Assembly: GCA_964518625.1 (NCBI GenBank)
Contig: CAZFHC010000002.1
Location: 176 to 64,175 of the forward strand
DNA: 64,000 bases
Direction of reading: 5' to 3'
Source: Candidatus Woesearchaeota archaeon
GTDB taxonomy: Archaea; Nanobdellota; Nanobdellia; Pacearchaeales; GW2011-AR1
Shown here: piece by piece, positions 35,266 through 44,049 of the stretch
How the letters are laid out: every line of letters begins with the position of its first letter
How positions within the stretch are numbered: position 1 is the first letter of the stretch
Translations under genes and position numbers: made by a program
Notes under the pieces: generated by a model
What the model was told of the DNA's origin: nothing
Seen by the model: only the letters and a program-made list of their open reading frames with translations
The model's database searches: none

Positions 35266-35946
35266 ATGGAAGAAAAAAAGTTTGTCGATGTAAGAAAAGA
35301 AGAATACAATATTAAGATATTCGTAAAAAAAATGTTTGGTAAGGGTAAAATTTCAAAAGTAAAAATTGAATATACTCCAGTTGGTGAAAAAGTTATTATA
35401 TCAACACATAAACCAGGAATAGTTATAGGTAAAAAAGGAGAAAAAATAATGCAATTAACAGAAATATTAAAAAGAAAATTTAAAATGGAAAACCCTCATA
35501 TTGATATTGAAGAAATAACTCATCCAGAATTTGATGCCCAGTTAGTAGCTGATGATATTGCATTAACTATTGAGAGATTTGGTGCATCAAAATACAAGTC
35601 AACAAGTTATAGAGTTCTTGGAAGAATTAAGAAGTCAGGGGCATTAGGAGCTGAATTAAGAGTGTCTGGTAAATTACCAAGTGATAGAGCGAGAGTATGG
35701 AGATTTGCATTTGGATACTTAAAAAAAACAGGGGAACCATCAAAAGCTGTTGATCGAGCAGAAAGTGTTGCCGAAACAAAACAAGGTATTGTAGGAATTA
35801 AAGTCTCGATATTAGCACCAAACGTAAAAATCCATGATAGAATAACAATCAATGAAGAATTAATTGCAAAGATAAAAGAAAATGCATTATTAGAAGAAGA
35901 GAAGATTGTTAATAAAAAACCAAAGAAAATTGGAGGGAAAAAATAA
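35266..35946 (+). CDS. rps3: 30S ribosomal protein S3 (uS3)
   Basis: KH domain ..IISTHKPGIVIGKKGEKI.. and ..GAELRVSGKL.. Confidence 0.94.
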   Translation: MEEKKFVDVRKEEYNIKIFVKKMFGKGKISKVKIEYTPVGEKVIISTHKPGIVIGKKGEKIMQLTEILKRKFKMENPHIDIEEITHPEFDAQLVADDIALTIERFGASKYKSTSYRVLGRIKKSGALGAELRVSGKLPSDRARVWRFAFGYLKKTGEPSKAVDRAESVAETKQGIVGIKVSILAPNVKIHDRITINEELIAKIKENALLEEEKIVNKKPKKIGGKK

Positions 35947-36107
35947 TGGCTAAAAAAGAAGTTAGTGATAAAGGTATAGATTCAAAAATAACAGAATTAA
36001 AGATAGAGTTGTTAAAACAACCAACAAAAAAGAAAAGCATTAAAAAGGAAATTGCAAAATTATTAACAAGGAAGAATAAAATAAATAAACAAGGAGAAAA
36101 GAAGTAA
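35946..36107 (+). CDS. rpl29: 50S ribosomal protein L29 (uL29)
   Basis: 53-aa ORF missing from the track (below 60 aa): MAKKEVSDKGIDSKITELKIELLKQPTKKKSIKKEIAKLLTRKNKINKQGEKK. Start overlaps the rps3 stop. Expected position. Confidence 0.85.
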   Translation: MAKKEVSDKGIDSKITELKIELLKQPTKKKSIKKEIAKLLTRKNKINKQGEKK

Positions 36108-36108
36108 A

Positions 36109-36408
36109 GTGGACATTTGCCCGAAGTGTGGATTGCCAATTCCAGCTTGTGTTTGTGAGGAAATCTCAAGGACACAACAAAAAATAAACGTTACAACAGA
36201 AAAAAGACGTTTTGGGAAGGTATCGACGCTGATATCGGGGTTTGATGATCAAAATGATATCAAATCTGTAGCAAAAGTTTTAAAGGCCAAACGAGCTTGT
36301 GGTGGGACAGTAAAAAATAAAGTTATTGAATTACAAGGAAATCACAAAGGGTCAATAAAACCAATATTGATAACAATTGGTTTTATAGAAGAACAAATAA
36401 AAGATTAA
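36109..36408 (+). CDS. sui1: translation initiation factor aSUI1/eIF1
   Basis: GTG start. CPKCGLP..CVC then ..EKRRFGKVSTLISGF......AKVLKAKRACGGTVKNKVIELQGNH.. Confidence 0.9.
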   Translation: MDICPKCGLPIPACVCEEISRTQQKINVTTEKRRFGKVSTLISGFDDQNDIKSVAKVLKAKRACGGTVKNKVIELQGNHKGSIKPILITIGFIEEQIKD

Positions 36409-36409
36409 C

Positions 36410-36754
36410 ATGGAAAAGAAAAATAAAAACAAAAATGAGAAAGTTGAAATTAGTTGTAACGACAAATTCTGTCCAATTCATGGAGAGAATAAGTTAAAAC
36501 TAAGAGGAAGGACATTCCAAGGAATAGTAGTAAAGAAATTAGAAGGAAGAGTAAGTATACAATTTGAAAGAATGCTTAAAGTTAAAAAATATGAAAGATA
36601 TGAGAAAAGAAAAACAAAAATTCATGCTAGATTGCCAGAATGTATGAAGTCTGATATAAATGCTGGTGACTTAATCGAAGTTTCAGAAACAAGGCCAATA
36701 AGTAAAACAATTCATTTTGTTGTTACTAAATTAATTAGGAGAGATAAAGAATGA
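36410..36754 (+). CDS. rps17: 30S ribosomal protein S17 (uS17)
   Basis: ..CPIHGENKLKLRGRTFQGIVV..GDLIEVSETRPISKT.. Confidence 0.93.
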   Translation: MEKKNKNKNEKVEISCNDKFCPIHGENKLKLRGRTFQGIVVKKLEGRVSIQFERMLKVKKYERYEKRKTKIHARLPECMKSDINAGDLIEVSETRPISKTIHFVVTKLIRRDKE

Positions 36755-37152
36755 AAGCAATAACCGCAAATGCAACAAGATCATTAAATATTGGAAGTAT
36801 AGTAGATGCATCTGATAACAGTGGAGCAAGGATAGTAAAAATTGTAGGAGTAAAACATAGTAAAACAAAAAAAGGACGTCAGGTTTACGCAAAAATAGGA
36901 GATCAAGTTAAAGTTGCAGTAAGAAAAGGAGATCCAAAAATGAAAGGTGAATTATTCGACGCTATTTTGATACGACAAAGAAGATCATGGAAGAGAAGTA
37001 GTGGAGAAAGAGTTTGTTTTTCTGATAATGCAGTTGCATTACTAAAAGATGAGAAAGGTAATCCAAAAGGAACGCAAATCAAAGGGCCAATTGCAAGAGA
37101 GATACAAGAAAGATGGAAGGAGGTTGCAAGAATTGCAAGTATAGTATATTAA
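36751..37152 (+). CDS. rpl14: 50S ribosomal protein L14 (uL14)
   Basis: ..VDASDNSGARIVKIVGV...AILIRQRR...FSDNAVALL.. Confidence 0.95.
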   Translation: MKAITANATRSLNIGSIVDASDNSGARIVKIVGVKHSKTKKGRQVYAKIGDQVKVAVRKGDPKMKGELFDAILIRQRRSWKRSSGERVCFSDNAVALLKDEKGNPKGTQIKGPIAREIQERWKEVARIASIVY

Positions 37153-37153
37153 C

Positions 37154-37555
37154 ATGAAATCAGAATTTAATAAAAGTTGGGTTGCAAGTAAACAACCAAG
37201 AAAGCAAAGAAAGTTTTTAGCAAATGCACCAAATCATATAAAGAGAAGGTTATTGGCTGCTCATTTGAGTAAAACATTAAAAGTAAAGTATGGAATAAGA
37301 GCTATTGAAGTAAGAAAAGGAGATGAAGTAAAAGTAATGAGAGGGTCATTTAATAAAAAACAAGGAAAAGTTGCAACTGTAGACACAAAAAATACAAGAA
37401 TACAAATAGAAGGAATCAATAGAACTAAGAAAGACGGAGAAAAACTTCCTGTATGGTTTTATCCATCAAAAGTCTTATTAATAAAGTTGGATGATTCCGA
37501 CAAAAGAAGATTAAAACATATAAAATTAAAAGAAATTAAAGAGGATAAAAAATAA
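37154..37555 (+). CDS. rpl24: 50S ribosomal protein L24 (uL24)
   Basis: KOW motif ..VRKGDEVKVMRGSFNKKQGKV.. and operon position. Confidence 0.92.
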   Translation: MKSEFNKSWVASKQPRKQRKFLANAPNHIKRRLLAAHLSKTLKVKYGIRAIEVRKGDEVKVMRGSFNKKQGKVATVDTKNTRIQIEGINRTKKDGEKLPVWFYPSKVLLIKLDDSDKRRLKHIKLKEIKEDKK

Positions 37556-37556
37556 A

Positions 37557-38213
37557 ATGCATATAAAAAGAACAAAAATGCCAAAAACTTGGCCAGTACC
37601 AAGAAAAGGAAAGAATCAAAGATTTATTGCTAATGTTAGCCATGCAAAGAAAAAATCAATAAGTCTTTTAGCAATATTAAGAGATATCTTAAAAATTGCA
37701 GATACAAGGAAAGAGGCAAAATATATTGTATATAATGGAGATGTAAAAGTTAATAATAAAATTAGAAAGAATGACACATTCCCAGTTCAAACTTTTGATA
37801 CAATTAGCTTAGAAAAAGCAAAAAAATATTATAGATTAGAAATTGTAAATAAGAAATTTTCACTAAAGGAAATTACAAAAAAAGAATCTGAAACAAAAAT
37901 TATTAAAATTTATGGAAAAACAATATTACCACAAAATATTCTTCAAATGAATTTAGAGGATGGACATAATTTGTTATCAAAAGAATCATTTAACGTCGGA
38001 GATTCTGTGATATATAATACGCTATCTAATAAAGTTGAAAAAATAATTTCATTAAAGAAAGGATCTAAGGTTGAAGTTATTTCTGGAAAACATGCAGGAC
38101 AAAAAGGCAAAATAACAGGAATAGAAAGTTTAACAAAAGGTAAAATGTATAAAATTAAATTAGAAGAGATAGAAGTATCTCTTCCATATAAAACAATATT
38201 GGTAATAGGATGA
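37557..38213 (+). CDS. rps4e: 30S ribosomal protein S4e (eS4)
   Basis: MHIKRTKMPKTWPVPRKG.. and ..VISGKHAGQKGKI.. (KOW). Confidence 0.93.
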   Translation: MHIKRTKMPKTWPVPRKGKNQRFIANVSHAKKKSISLLAILRDILKIADTRKEAKYIVYNGDVKVNNKIRKNDTFPVQTFDTISLEKAKKYYRLEIVNKKFSLKEITKKESETKIIKIYGKTILPQNILQMNLEDGHNLLSKESFNVGDSVIYNTLSNKVEKIISLKKGSKVEVISGKHAGQKGKITGIESLTKGKMYKIKLEEIEVSLPYKTILVIG

Positions 38214-38737
38214 TGGCAGAAGAAAATAAAATGAGTCAATTTAAAATAGAAAAAATGGTATTAAATATAGGTGGAACAGGGGAAAAATTAGAGAAAGGAT
38301 TTATTCTATTAGGAAAAATTAGTGGTGAAAAACCTATAAAAGTAAAAGCAACTAAAAGGATTCCAGCTTGGCAAGTAAAACCAGGATTAGAAGTGGGGAC
38401 AAAAGTTACTTTGAGAGGAAGTGAAGTAGAAAAATTATTACCAAATTTATTAGCTGCAATAGATAATAATATCAAGGAAAAACAAATCCAGGACAACTTT
38501 TTTAGTTTTGGAATCCCTGAATATATAGAAATACCAGGTATCGATTATATTAGAGAGGTAGGGATTATGGGATTTGAAGTAACAGTCGTTTTTTCTAGAG
38601 CAGGAAAATCAGTAGAAAAGAAAAAAGTTAAAAGGGGAAAAACACGAAGATTAACAGTAAGCAAGGAAGAAATAATAAATTTCCTAGAAAATAAATACGG
38701 AACAACTATTGTTCGTAAAAAAGTGAGGAGTAATTAA
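38210..38737 (+). CDS. rpl5: 50S ribosomal protein L5 (uL5)
   Basis: ..KIEKMVLNIGGTGE...FSFGIPEYIEIPG..GFEVTVV.. Confidence 0.93.
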   Translation: MMAEENKMSQFKIEKMVLNIGGTGEKLEKGFILLGKISGEKPIKVKATKRIPAWQVKPGLEVGTKVTLRGSEVEKLLPNLLAAIDNNIKEKQIQDNFFSFGIPEYIEIPGIDYIREVGIMGFEVTVVFSRAGKSVEKKKVKRGKTRRLTVSKEEIINFLENKYGTTIVRKKVRSN

Positions 38738-38738
38738 T

Positions 38739-38969
38739 ATGACAGCAAGTGATTGGAGAAAAATAACAAAGCAATTAAGGAATAAGCCAGCCGTGCTTAA
38801 AAAATATATAAAACATAATAGACCAAAACAAAGAAAGTATGGTATCGCAGCTATGAAATGTGAAGTTTGTGGACGTCACGGTGCCCACCTATCACAATAC
38901 AATCTAAATTTATGCCGACACTGTTTCAGAGAACTTGCAACAGAATTAGGTTTCAGAAAATATAGTTAG
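38739..38969 (+). CDS. rps14: 30S ribosomal protein S14 (uS14, Zn-ribbon type)
   Basis: ..KCEVCGRHGAHLSQYNLNLCRHCFRELATELGFRKY. Confidence 0.92.
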   Translation: MTASDWRKITKQLRNKPAVLKKYIKHNRPKQRKYGIAAMKCEVCGRHGAHLSQYNLNLCRHCFRELATELGFRKYS

Positions 38970-38980
38970 GAGAAAAAAAG

Positions 38981-39358
38981 ATGAGTCAAGATATAGTAGC
39001 AGACGGATTGAATCAAATCATGAATGCTAAAATGGTTGAAAAGAGAAAGTTAAAAATAAAGAGATACTCAAAAGTATTAATTAATGTACTTGAAATGATG
39101 AAACAGAAAGGACATATTAATTACTCATTAAATGAGGAAGAAAAGATCTTAGAGATTGAAATACTAAAACTTAATGTATGTAGAGCAGTTAAGCCAAGAT
39201 ATTACGCAAAACATGCAGACGTTGATAAATATCTTCGAAGATTTTTACCATCAAGAAATTTTGGTGTATTGGTTGTTTCAACGAATAGAGGATTAATCGG
39301 GCATCAAGAAGCTTTAGATACAAAAACAGGAGGAAGCATCTTAGCTTATTTTTATTAA
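38981..39358 (+). CDS. rps8: 30S ribosomal protein S8 (uS8)
   Basis: MSQDIVADGLNQIMNA.. ...VVSTNRGLIGHQEA....GGSILAYFY. Confidence 0.94.
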   Translation: MSQDIVADGLNQIMNAKMVEKRKLKIKRYSKVLINVLEMMKQKGHINYSLNEEEKILEIEILKLNVCRAVKPRYYAKHADVDKYLRRFLPSRNFGVLVVSTNRGLIGHQEALDTKTGGSILAYFY

Positions 39359-39359
39359 A

Positions 39360-39902
39360 ATGAAAAAAAATTTATCAAGAACAATCGAATTACCAGAAGG
39401 ATTCAGTGCTAAAATGGAAAATGATATATTGACAATAAAAGGTAATAATCAGGAAGCTTCAAGAGAATTTCTTTTGAATAGAATAAGTCTTGTTGTAAAA
39501 GATAGTAAAATAGAATTATCTGCTGAAAAAGCAACAAAAAGAGAATCTACAATGATGGGAACAAGTTGGGCTCATATAAATAATATAATTAAAGGCTTAG
39601 GAGAAGGATTTACTTACAAACTTGAAATCTGTAATGGTCACTTCCCTATGAATGTTAAAAAAGAAGGTAACAAAGTTGTTATTAAATCATTCTTAGGTGA
39701 AACAACGAAAAGAATCGCAAAAATATTACCAAAAGTAGAAGTTGAGATAAATGGAAATAAAATAACAGTAAAATCATCAAATATAGAATCTGCAGGACAA
39801 ACAGCTGCAAATTTAGAAAAGGCAACACGTTTAAATAATAAAGATAGAAGAATCTTTCAAGATGGAATATTTATCACAGAAAAATGTGGGAGGGAAATTT
39901 AA
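39360..39902 (+). CDS. rpl6: 50S ribosomal protein L6 (uL6)
   Basis: Two-domain L6 pattern, ..TYKLEICNGHFPMNVK.. and ..RIFQDGIFI.., in the expected position. Confidence 0.93.
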   Translation: MKKNLSRTIELPEGFSAKMENDILTIKGNNQEASREFLLNRISLVVKDSKIELSAEKATKRESTMMGTSWAHINNIIKGLGEGFTYKLEICNGHFPMNVKKEGNKVVIKSFLGETTKRIAKILPKVEVEINGNKITVKSSNIESAGQTAANLEKATRLNNKDRRIFQDGIFITEKCGREI

Positions 39903-40285
39903 TGGTTAATGAAAATACTATAGAAAAGAGAAAAAGACCAAAATTTTTGAGAAGAGATTGGCATAAAAAAATTAAATTTGGTAAGACTGTAAAAAAGAAT
40001 AGGAAATGGAGAGCTGCTAAAGGTAGACAGAACAAAGTAAGATTAGGCCAAAGAGGATATAGAGCAAGACCAAAAATTGGTTATAGTGAAGTAGGACAGA
40101 TAAGAGGCTTAGTTGCAGGATTTAAACCAATATATGTAGAAAATTTAACTCAAGTGTCTATATTAAAAGAAGGAGATGCAATAATTATAGCACATGTTGG
40201 AGCAAAGAAGAAAATTTTAATATTAGAAGAAGCAAAGAAGAAAAAATTAGTAATACTAAATAAATATAAGGAAAATAAAAAATGA
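39902..40285 (+). CDS. rpl32e: 50S ribosomal protein L32e (eL32)
   Basis: ATG 39902 (TAATG overlap with rpl6). ..RPKFLRRDWHKK..WRAAKGRQNKVR.. Confidence 0.92.
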   Translation: MVNENTIEKRKRPKFLRRDWHKKIKFGKTVKKNRKWRAAKGRQNKVRLGQRGYRARPKIGYSEVGQIRGLVAGFKPIYVENLTQVSILKEGDAIIIAHVGAKKKILILEEAKKKKLVILNKYKENKK

Positions 40286-40686
40286 ACTTAGCACCAAAAA
40301 AAGAATTAGCTGCAAAAGTTTTAGGCGTAGGAAAAAATAGGTTATATTTTGTTAATGAAAATTTGGCTGAAATTAAAGAAGCAATAACAAGACAAGATAT
40401 TTTAGATTTACATAAAGCTGGAGCAATACAAATTAAAGAAGTTAATGGAAGAAGAAAAATAATAAAAAGAAAACATAGAAGAAGAACAGGTAAAATTAAA
40501 AAGAAAGTTAACAATAGAAAGCAAGAATATGTTATTATAACAAGAAAGTTAAGGACACATTTAAAACACATGCTAAAGACTAATAAAGTAGATATAGAAA
40601 CTTATAGAAATACTAGAAGACAAATTAGAGCTAGAAAATTTAGAAGTAAACGAAATATGGTTGAGGCACTTACAAAAAAAGAATGA
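40282..40686 (+). CDS. rpl19e: 50S ribosomal protein L19e (eL19)
   Basis: MNLAPKKELAAKVLGVGKNRLYF.. and a basic C-terminal helix. Confidence 0.92.
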   Translation: MNLAPKKELAAKVLGVGKNRLYFVNENLAEIKEAITRQDILDLHKAGAIQIKEVNGRRKIIKRKHRRRTGKIKKKVNNRKQEYVIITRKLRTHLKHMLKTNKVDIETYRNTRRQIRARKFRSKRNMVEALTKKE

Positions 40687-41189
40687 AAGGATTAAGAACA
40701 CAAAAGAAAAGAAGAAGAGAATGTAAAACTGATTATAAAAATAGATTGAATCTTCTAAAATCAGAAAGTACAAGAATAGTTATTCGAAGAACAAATAAAT
40801 ATTTTATTGCTCAAGCTGTTGATAGTTATGAGGCTCAAGATAAAGTTGTTTGTTCAGTTTCTTCTAAAGATTTAATTAAGGAAGGCTGGGATTCAAAATA
40901 TGAAGGATCTTTAAAATCTGTATCAGCAGGTTATTTAACAGGAATATTATTAGGGAATAAGTTAGATAAAAAACATACTTATATAGTTGATATGGGAATG
41001 ACAAGAAATATTCATGGGAATAGATCTTTTTCCGTAATTAAAGGATTAATAGATGCAAAAATAGATATTAATGCAAATAAAAAAGTATTCCCAAGTAAAG
41101 AAAGATTAAATGCAGAACATTTAAAACCAGAAGTAAAAAAAGTTTTTGATAAAGTTAAAGCTAAATTAGGAGTAAGTAAAGATGAGTAA
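40683..41189 (+). CDS. rpl18: 50S ribosomal protein L18 (uL18)
   Basis: ..RRECKTDYKNRLNLLKS...RIVIRRTNKYFIAQ.. Confidence 0.92.
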   Translation: MKGLRTQKKRRRECKTDYKNRLNLLKSESTRIVIRRTNKYFIAQAVDSYEAQDKVVCSVSSKDLIKEGWDSKYEGSLKSVSAGYLTGILLGNKLDKKHTYIVDMGMTRNIHGNRSFSVIKGLIDAKIDINANKKVFPSKERLNAEHLKPEVKKVFDKVKAKLGVSKDE

Positions 41190-42015
41190 AGAAATAAAAG
41201 TTGAAGAAAATCATGAGAAACAATTAGAGGAAATGCAGAAAATTATTGATAAGAAAGAATCCGATAAGGATGCAGAAGTTACAAAAGAAGCCGTTAAACA
41301 ATTTAAAGCAGAAGAAGGAAATCCTAGAGTTAGAATAACTAGAGAAGAAAGATTTGCTCGTGAAGAAAAAGAAAAATTAGATAATTGGGTACCAATAACA
41401 CAATTGGGAAAAGATGTAAGATCTGGAAAAATCAAGAACATAGATGAAATTTTTGCAATAGGAGCTCAAATAATGGAACCAGAAATTGTTGATATTTTAA
41501 TTCCAAATTTACAAAAAGATGTATTATTCATTGGACAATCAAAAGGTAAGTTTGGTGGTGGAAAGAGAAGAATATTTAGACAAACTCAGAAGATAAGTAA
41601 AGAAGGAAGTTCATTGACCTTTGGAGTTATGTCTGTTGTAGGAGATGGGAACGGTCATGTAGGCCTTGGTTATGGAAGAGCGGGAGAAACATTACCTGCA
41701 AAAGAAAAAGCGATTAGAAAGGCTAAATTGAATTTAACAAGAATACCAAGAGGATGTGCAAGTTATGATTGTTCTTGTAATGAATTACATTCTGTCCCTA
41801 TTACAACAGAAGGAAAATGTTCATCAGTAAAAGTAAAATTAATTCCAGCACCACAAGGAACAGGATTAGTTATAAGTAAAGAGTTAAAGAAGATTTTAAA
41901 AGCAGTAGGGATTAAAGATGTATATTCAAAGACTTCCGGAAGTGTTCAAACGACATTTAATGCAGCAAAAGCTTGTATGGAAGCACTAAATAAATTAAAC
42001 AAATTGGAATTATAA
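41182..42015 (+). CDS. rps5: 30S ribosomal protein S5 (uS5) with about 70-aa K/E-rich N-terminal extension
   Basis: Core ..WVPITQLGKDV..VVGDGNGHVGLGYGRA.E...A..KA.. preceded by MSKEIKVEENHEKQLEEMQKIIDKKESDKDAE.. Confidence 0.93.
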   Translation: MSKEIKVEENHEKQLEEMQKIIDKKESDKDAEVTKEAVKQFKAEEGNPRVRITREERFAREEKEKLDNWVPITQLGKDVRSGKIKNIDEIFAIGAQIMEPEIVDILIPNLQKDVLFIGQSKGKFGGGKRRIFRQTQKISKEGSSLTFGVMSVVGDGNGHVGLGYGRAGETLPAKEKAIRKAKLNLTRIPRGCASYDCSCNELHSVPITTEGKCSSVKVKLIPAPQGTGLVISKELKKILKAVGIKDVYSKTSGSVQTTFNAAKACMEALNKLNKLEL

Positions 42016-42016
42016 A

Positions 42017-42358
42017 ATGATAGCAGTAATAAGAATAGCAGGACAATGTAAGAATAAACAATCTACAAATGAAACTTTGAAGAGACTAAAATTAGGTAGA
42101 AAGTACTCTTGTATTTTAATTGATAAAGAAGATAAAGTTAGAGCAGGAATGGTAAAATCTGTAAAGACAGATGTAGTTTATGGTGAAATATCTGAAGATT
42201 TAATAAAAGAATTAAAAGAAAAAAGAGACAAAGGAAAAGGAGTATACTTTTTACATCCAGCTAGAGGTGGATTAAAAAAATCATCAAAATTAGTTTATCC
42301 AAAAGGAATTTTAGGACATAATCCAGAAATATCTAAATTATTGGAGAGAATGTTATGA
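42017..42358 (+). CDS. rpl30: 50S ribosomal protein L30 (uL30)
   Basis: MIAVIRIAGQ...TLKRLKLGRKYSCILI.. and position between S5 and L15. Confidence 0.88.
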   Translation: MIAVIRIAGQCKNKQSTNETLKRLKLGRKYSCILIDKEDKVRAGMVKSVKTDVVYGEISEDLIKELKEKRDKGKGVYFLHPARGGLKKSSKLVYPKGILGHNPEISKLLERML

Positions 42359-42840
42359 AAACACACACGAGAAAAAAAACAACAAGACTTCGTGGGTCAA
42401 GAACAGCAGGTTGGGGTTTTAGACAGAGTCATAAAGGTCATGGTAACAAAGGTGGAGTTGGTATGGCAGGTTCTGGTAAACGAGCAGATCATGATAAACA
42501 AAGAGCATTAGAATCTGATAAAAAGGGAAAATATTTTGGAAGTAAAGGATTAACATCTAGAAGTAGTGTAAGAAAAAAATCATCAGAAATGAATTTAAAA
42601 ACTATAATAGAAAATATTTTTAAGAAAGAAGGAGAAAAAATAGATTTATCAAAGTATAAAATTTTAGGAACTGGAGATGGATTTAAGGCAGAGATTCTAG
42701 CAAAATCAGCAAGCACAAAAGCAATTGAAAAAATGGAAGAAGCTGGTGGAAAAATCACTTTAGTTAAAGCATCTAAAGAAGTTAAAGCATCTAAAGAAGT
42801 TAAAGCATCTAAAGAAGTTAAAGCATCTAAAGAAGTTTAA
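42355..42840 (+). CDS. rpl15: 50S ribosomal protein L15 (uL15) ending in an (ASKEVK)x4 repeat
   Basis: ..RLRGSRTAGWGFRQSHKGHGNKGGVGMAGSGKR.. is typical of uL15. The C-terminus is encoded by a perfect 18-bp tandem repeat. Confidence 0.92.
   Translation: MKTHTRKKTTRLRGSRTAGWGFRQSHKGHGNKGGVGMAGSGKRADHDKQRALESDKKGKYFGSKGLTSRSSVRKKSSEMNLKTIIENIFKKEGEKIDLSKYKILGTGDGFKAEILAKSASTKAIEKMEEAGGKITLVKASKEVKASKEVKASKEVKASKEV
42763..42834 (+). repeat. perfect tandem repeat, 18 bp x 4 (gttaaagcatctaaagaa), in frame inside rpl15
   Basis: Four identical units at 42763, 42781, 42799 and 42817, then gtt-taa. Encodes VKASKE repeated. Confidence 0.95.
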
Positions 42841-42997
42841 AAAAAATAATTTTATAATTAGTAATATTTATGTTAATACAAATGTATTAAATTTGTCTAT
42901 AAATTAAAATATCTAGAATAATAAAAAAACAAGTTCTTATCATAAAAAAGATATTACAAATTAAATATATTTTAATCCTATAATATTCTAGAAAGAT

Positions 42998-43594
42998 TTA
43001 TTCTATACTTGTAATACTAATAATTTTAATATCTTCAACAGGCCAATCTTGCATTCCATTTTTAATCCTTGTATCAACCTGGCCAATAGCCTCAATAATT
43101 TCTAAACCTTCAATAACCTTACCAAAAACAGCATAACCATCATCTCTAGAACCATAATTCAAAAAATCATTATCCTGTAGGTTAATAAAAAATTGAGAAG
43201 TAGCAGAATCAGGAATAAAAGTTCGAGCCATAGCAAGAGTTCCTTTGTCATTCTTTAATCCATTATTAGATTCCAACTTAATCGGAGCTTTTGTTGTTTT
43301 CTCACTACCATCACTTTCAAAACCACCACCCTGAACCATAAAATTAGAAATCACTCTATGGAAAACTAAATCATCATAAAATCCTTCATTGACATAAACC
43401 AAAAAATTTTCAACAGTAATCGGAGCTTCCTTAGAATAAAGTTCAATTAGAACATCTCCCTTACTTGTTTGCATTTTTACTTGTGGATTCTCTGTCATAA
43501 TAATATTCCCCGTAATGCCCATTTTAAAAGCAATACTTATAACTAAAAGTAATAAAACTCCACTTATAAGAATTACGGTTGTTTTTCTATTCAT
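42998..43594 (-). CDS. cyclophilin-type peptidyl-prolyl cis-trans isomerase, N-terminally membrane-anchored or secreted
   Basis: TM/signal TVILISGVLLLLVISIAF, then ..FHRVISNFMVQGGGF..TLAMAR....SATSQFFINL.. Confidence 0.9.
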   Translation of the reverse strand: MNRKTTVILISGVLLLLVISIAFKMGITGNIIMTENPQVKMQTSKGDVLIELYSKEAPITVENFLVYVNEGFYDDLVFHRVISNFMVQGGGFESDGSEKTTKAPIKLESNNGLKNDKGTLAMARTFIPDSATSQFFINLQDNDFLNYGSRDDGYAVFGKVIEGLEIIEAIGQVDTRIKNGMQDWPVEDIKIISITSIE

Positions 43595-43797
43595 TATAAT
43601 TTATAATAATTATAATTTATAAATTTAGTGGGGATAACAAATTTTTTTAAAAGTTTCAAATTTTATCAAACCATTGCAATGCATCCACCATAAAAAAGAT
43701 TGTAAAAACTTCATAATATTACTAAAATCTAATTATTTTTATTCTTTTGGTATAACTTCAGTGTAATTCTTTTTATTCCAAATCTACACCATAAAAT

Positions 43798-44049
43798 ATG
43801 GATAAAGATTATATTTGGATGATAAAAGGTAGTCAAAGAAGAAAAATCATTTCTGTTATGAGTAAAAGAAAAATTCCAACACAAATTAAGAATGATACAG
43901 ATTTAAGTTTGAATAATGTAAGTGATGTCTTAAGAAATTTTAGACAAAAAGGAATCGTAAAATGTCTTAATCCAGAGAGTAAGACAGGTCGTATATATGA
44001 ATTAACAAAAAAAGGGTTGAAAATTAGAGAAGAATATCTAAAAGATTAA
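43798..44049 (+). CDS. small winged-helix transcriptional regulator
   Basis: 83 aa. ..PTQIKNDTDLSLNNVSDVLRNFRQKGIVKCLNPESKTGRIYELTKKG.. fits HTH plus wing. Confidence 0.6.
   Translation: MDKDYIWMIKGSQRRKIISVMSKRKIPTQIKNDTDLSLNNVSDVLRNFRQKGIVKCLNPESKTGRIYELTKKGLKIREEYLKD

Noticed and set aside
35909-36175. Minus-strand ORFs inside the ribosomal operon (also 32759-33097, 34151-34351, 35607-35852, 37943-38239, 38236-38496, 40185-40571, 40573-40773, 41211-41441, 42489-42758)
   Set aside because: All are antisense to recognisable r-protein genes and have no motifs. 35909-36175 additionally covers the real but untracked L29 gene on the plus strand.
42873-42890. Perfect palindrome TTAATACA-AA-TGTATTAA between rpl15 and the cyclophilin gene
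   Set aside because: It is short and purely AT, so it is expected by chance in this composition. At most it contributes to bidirectional termination.
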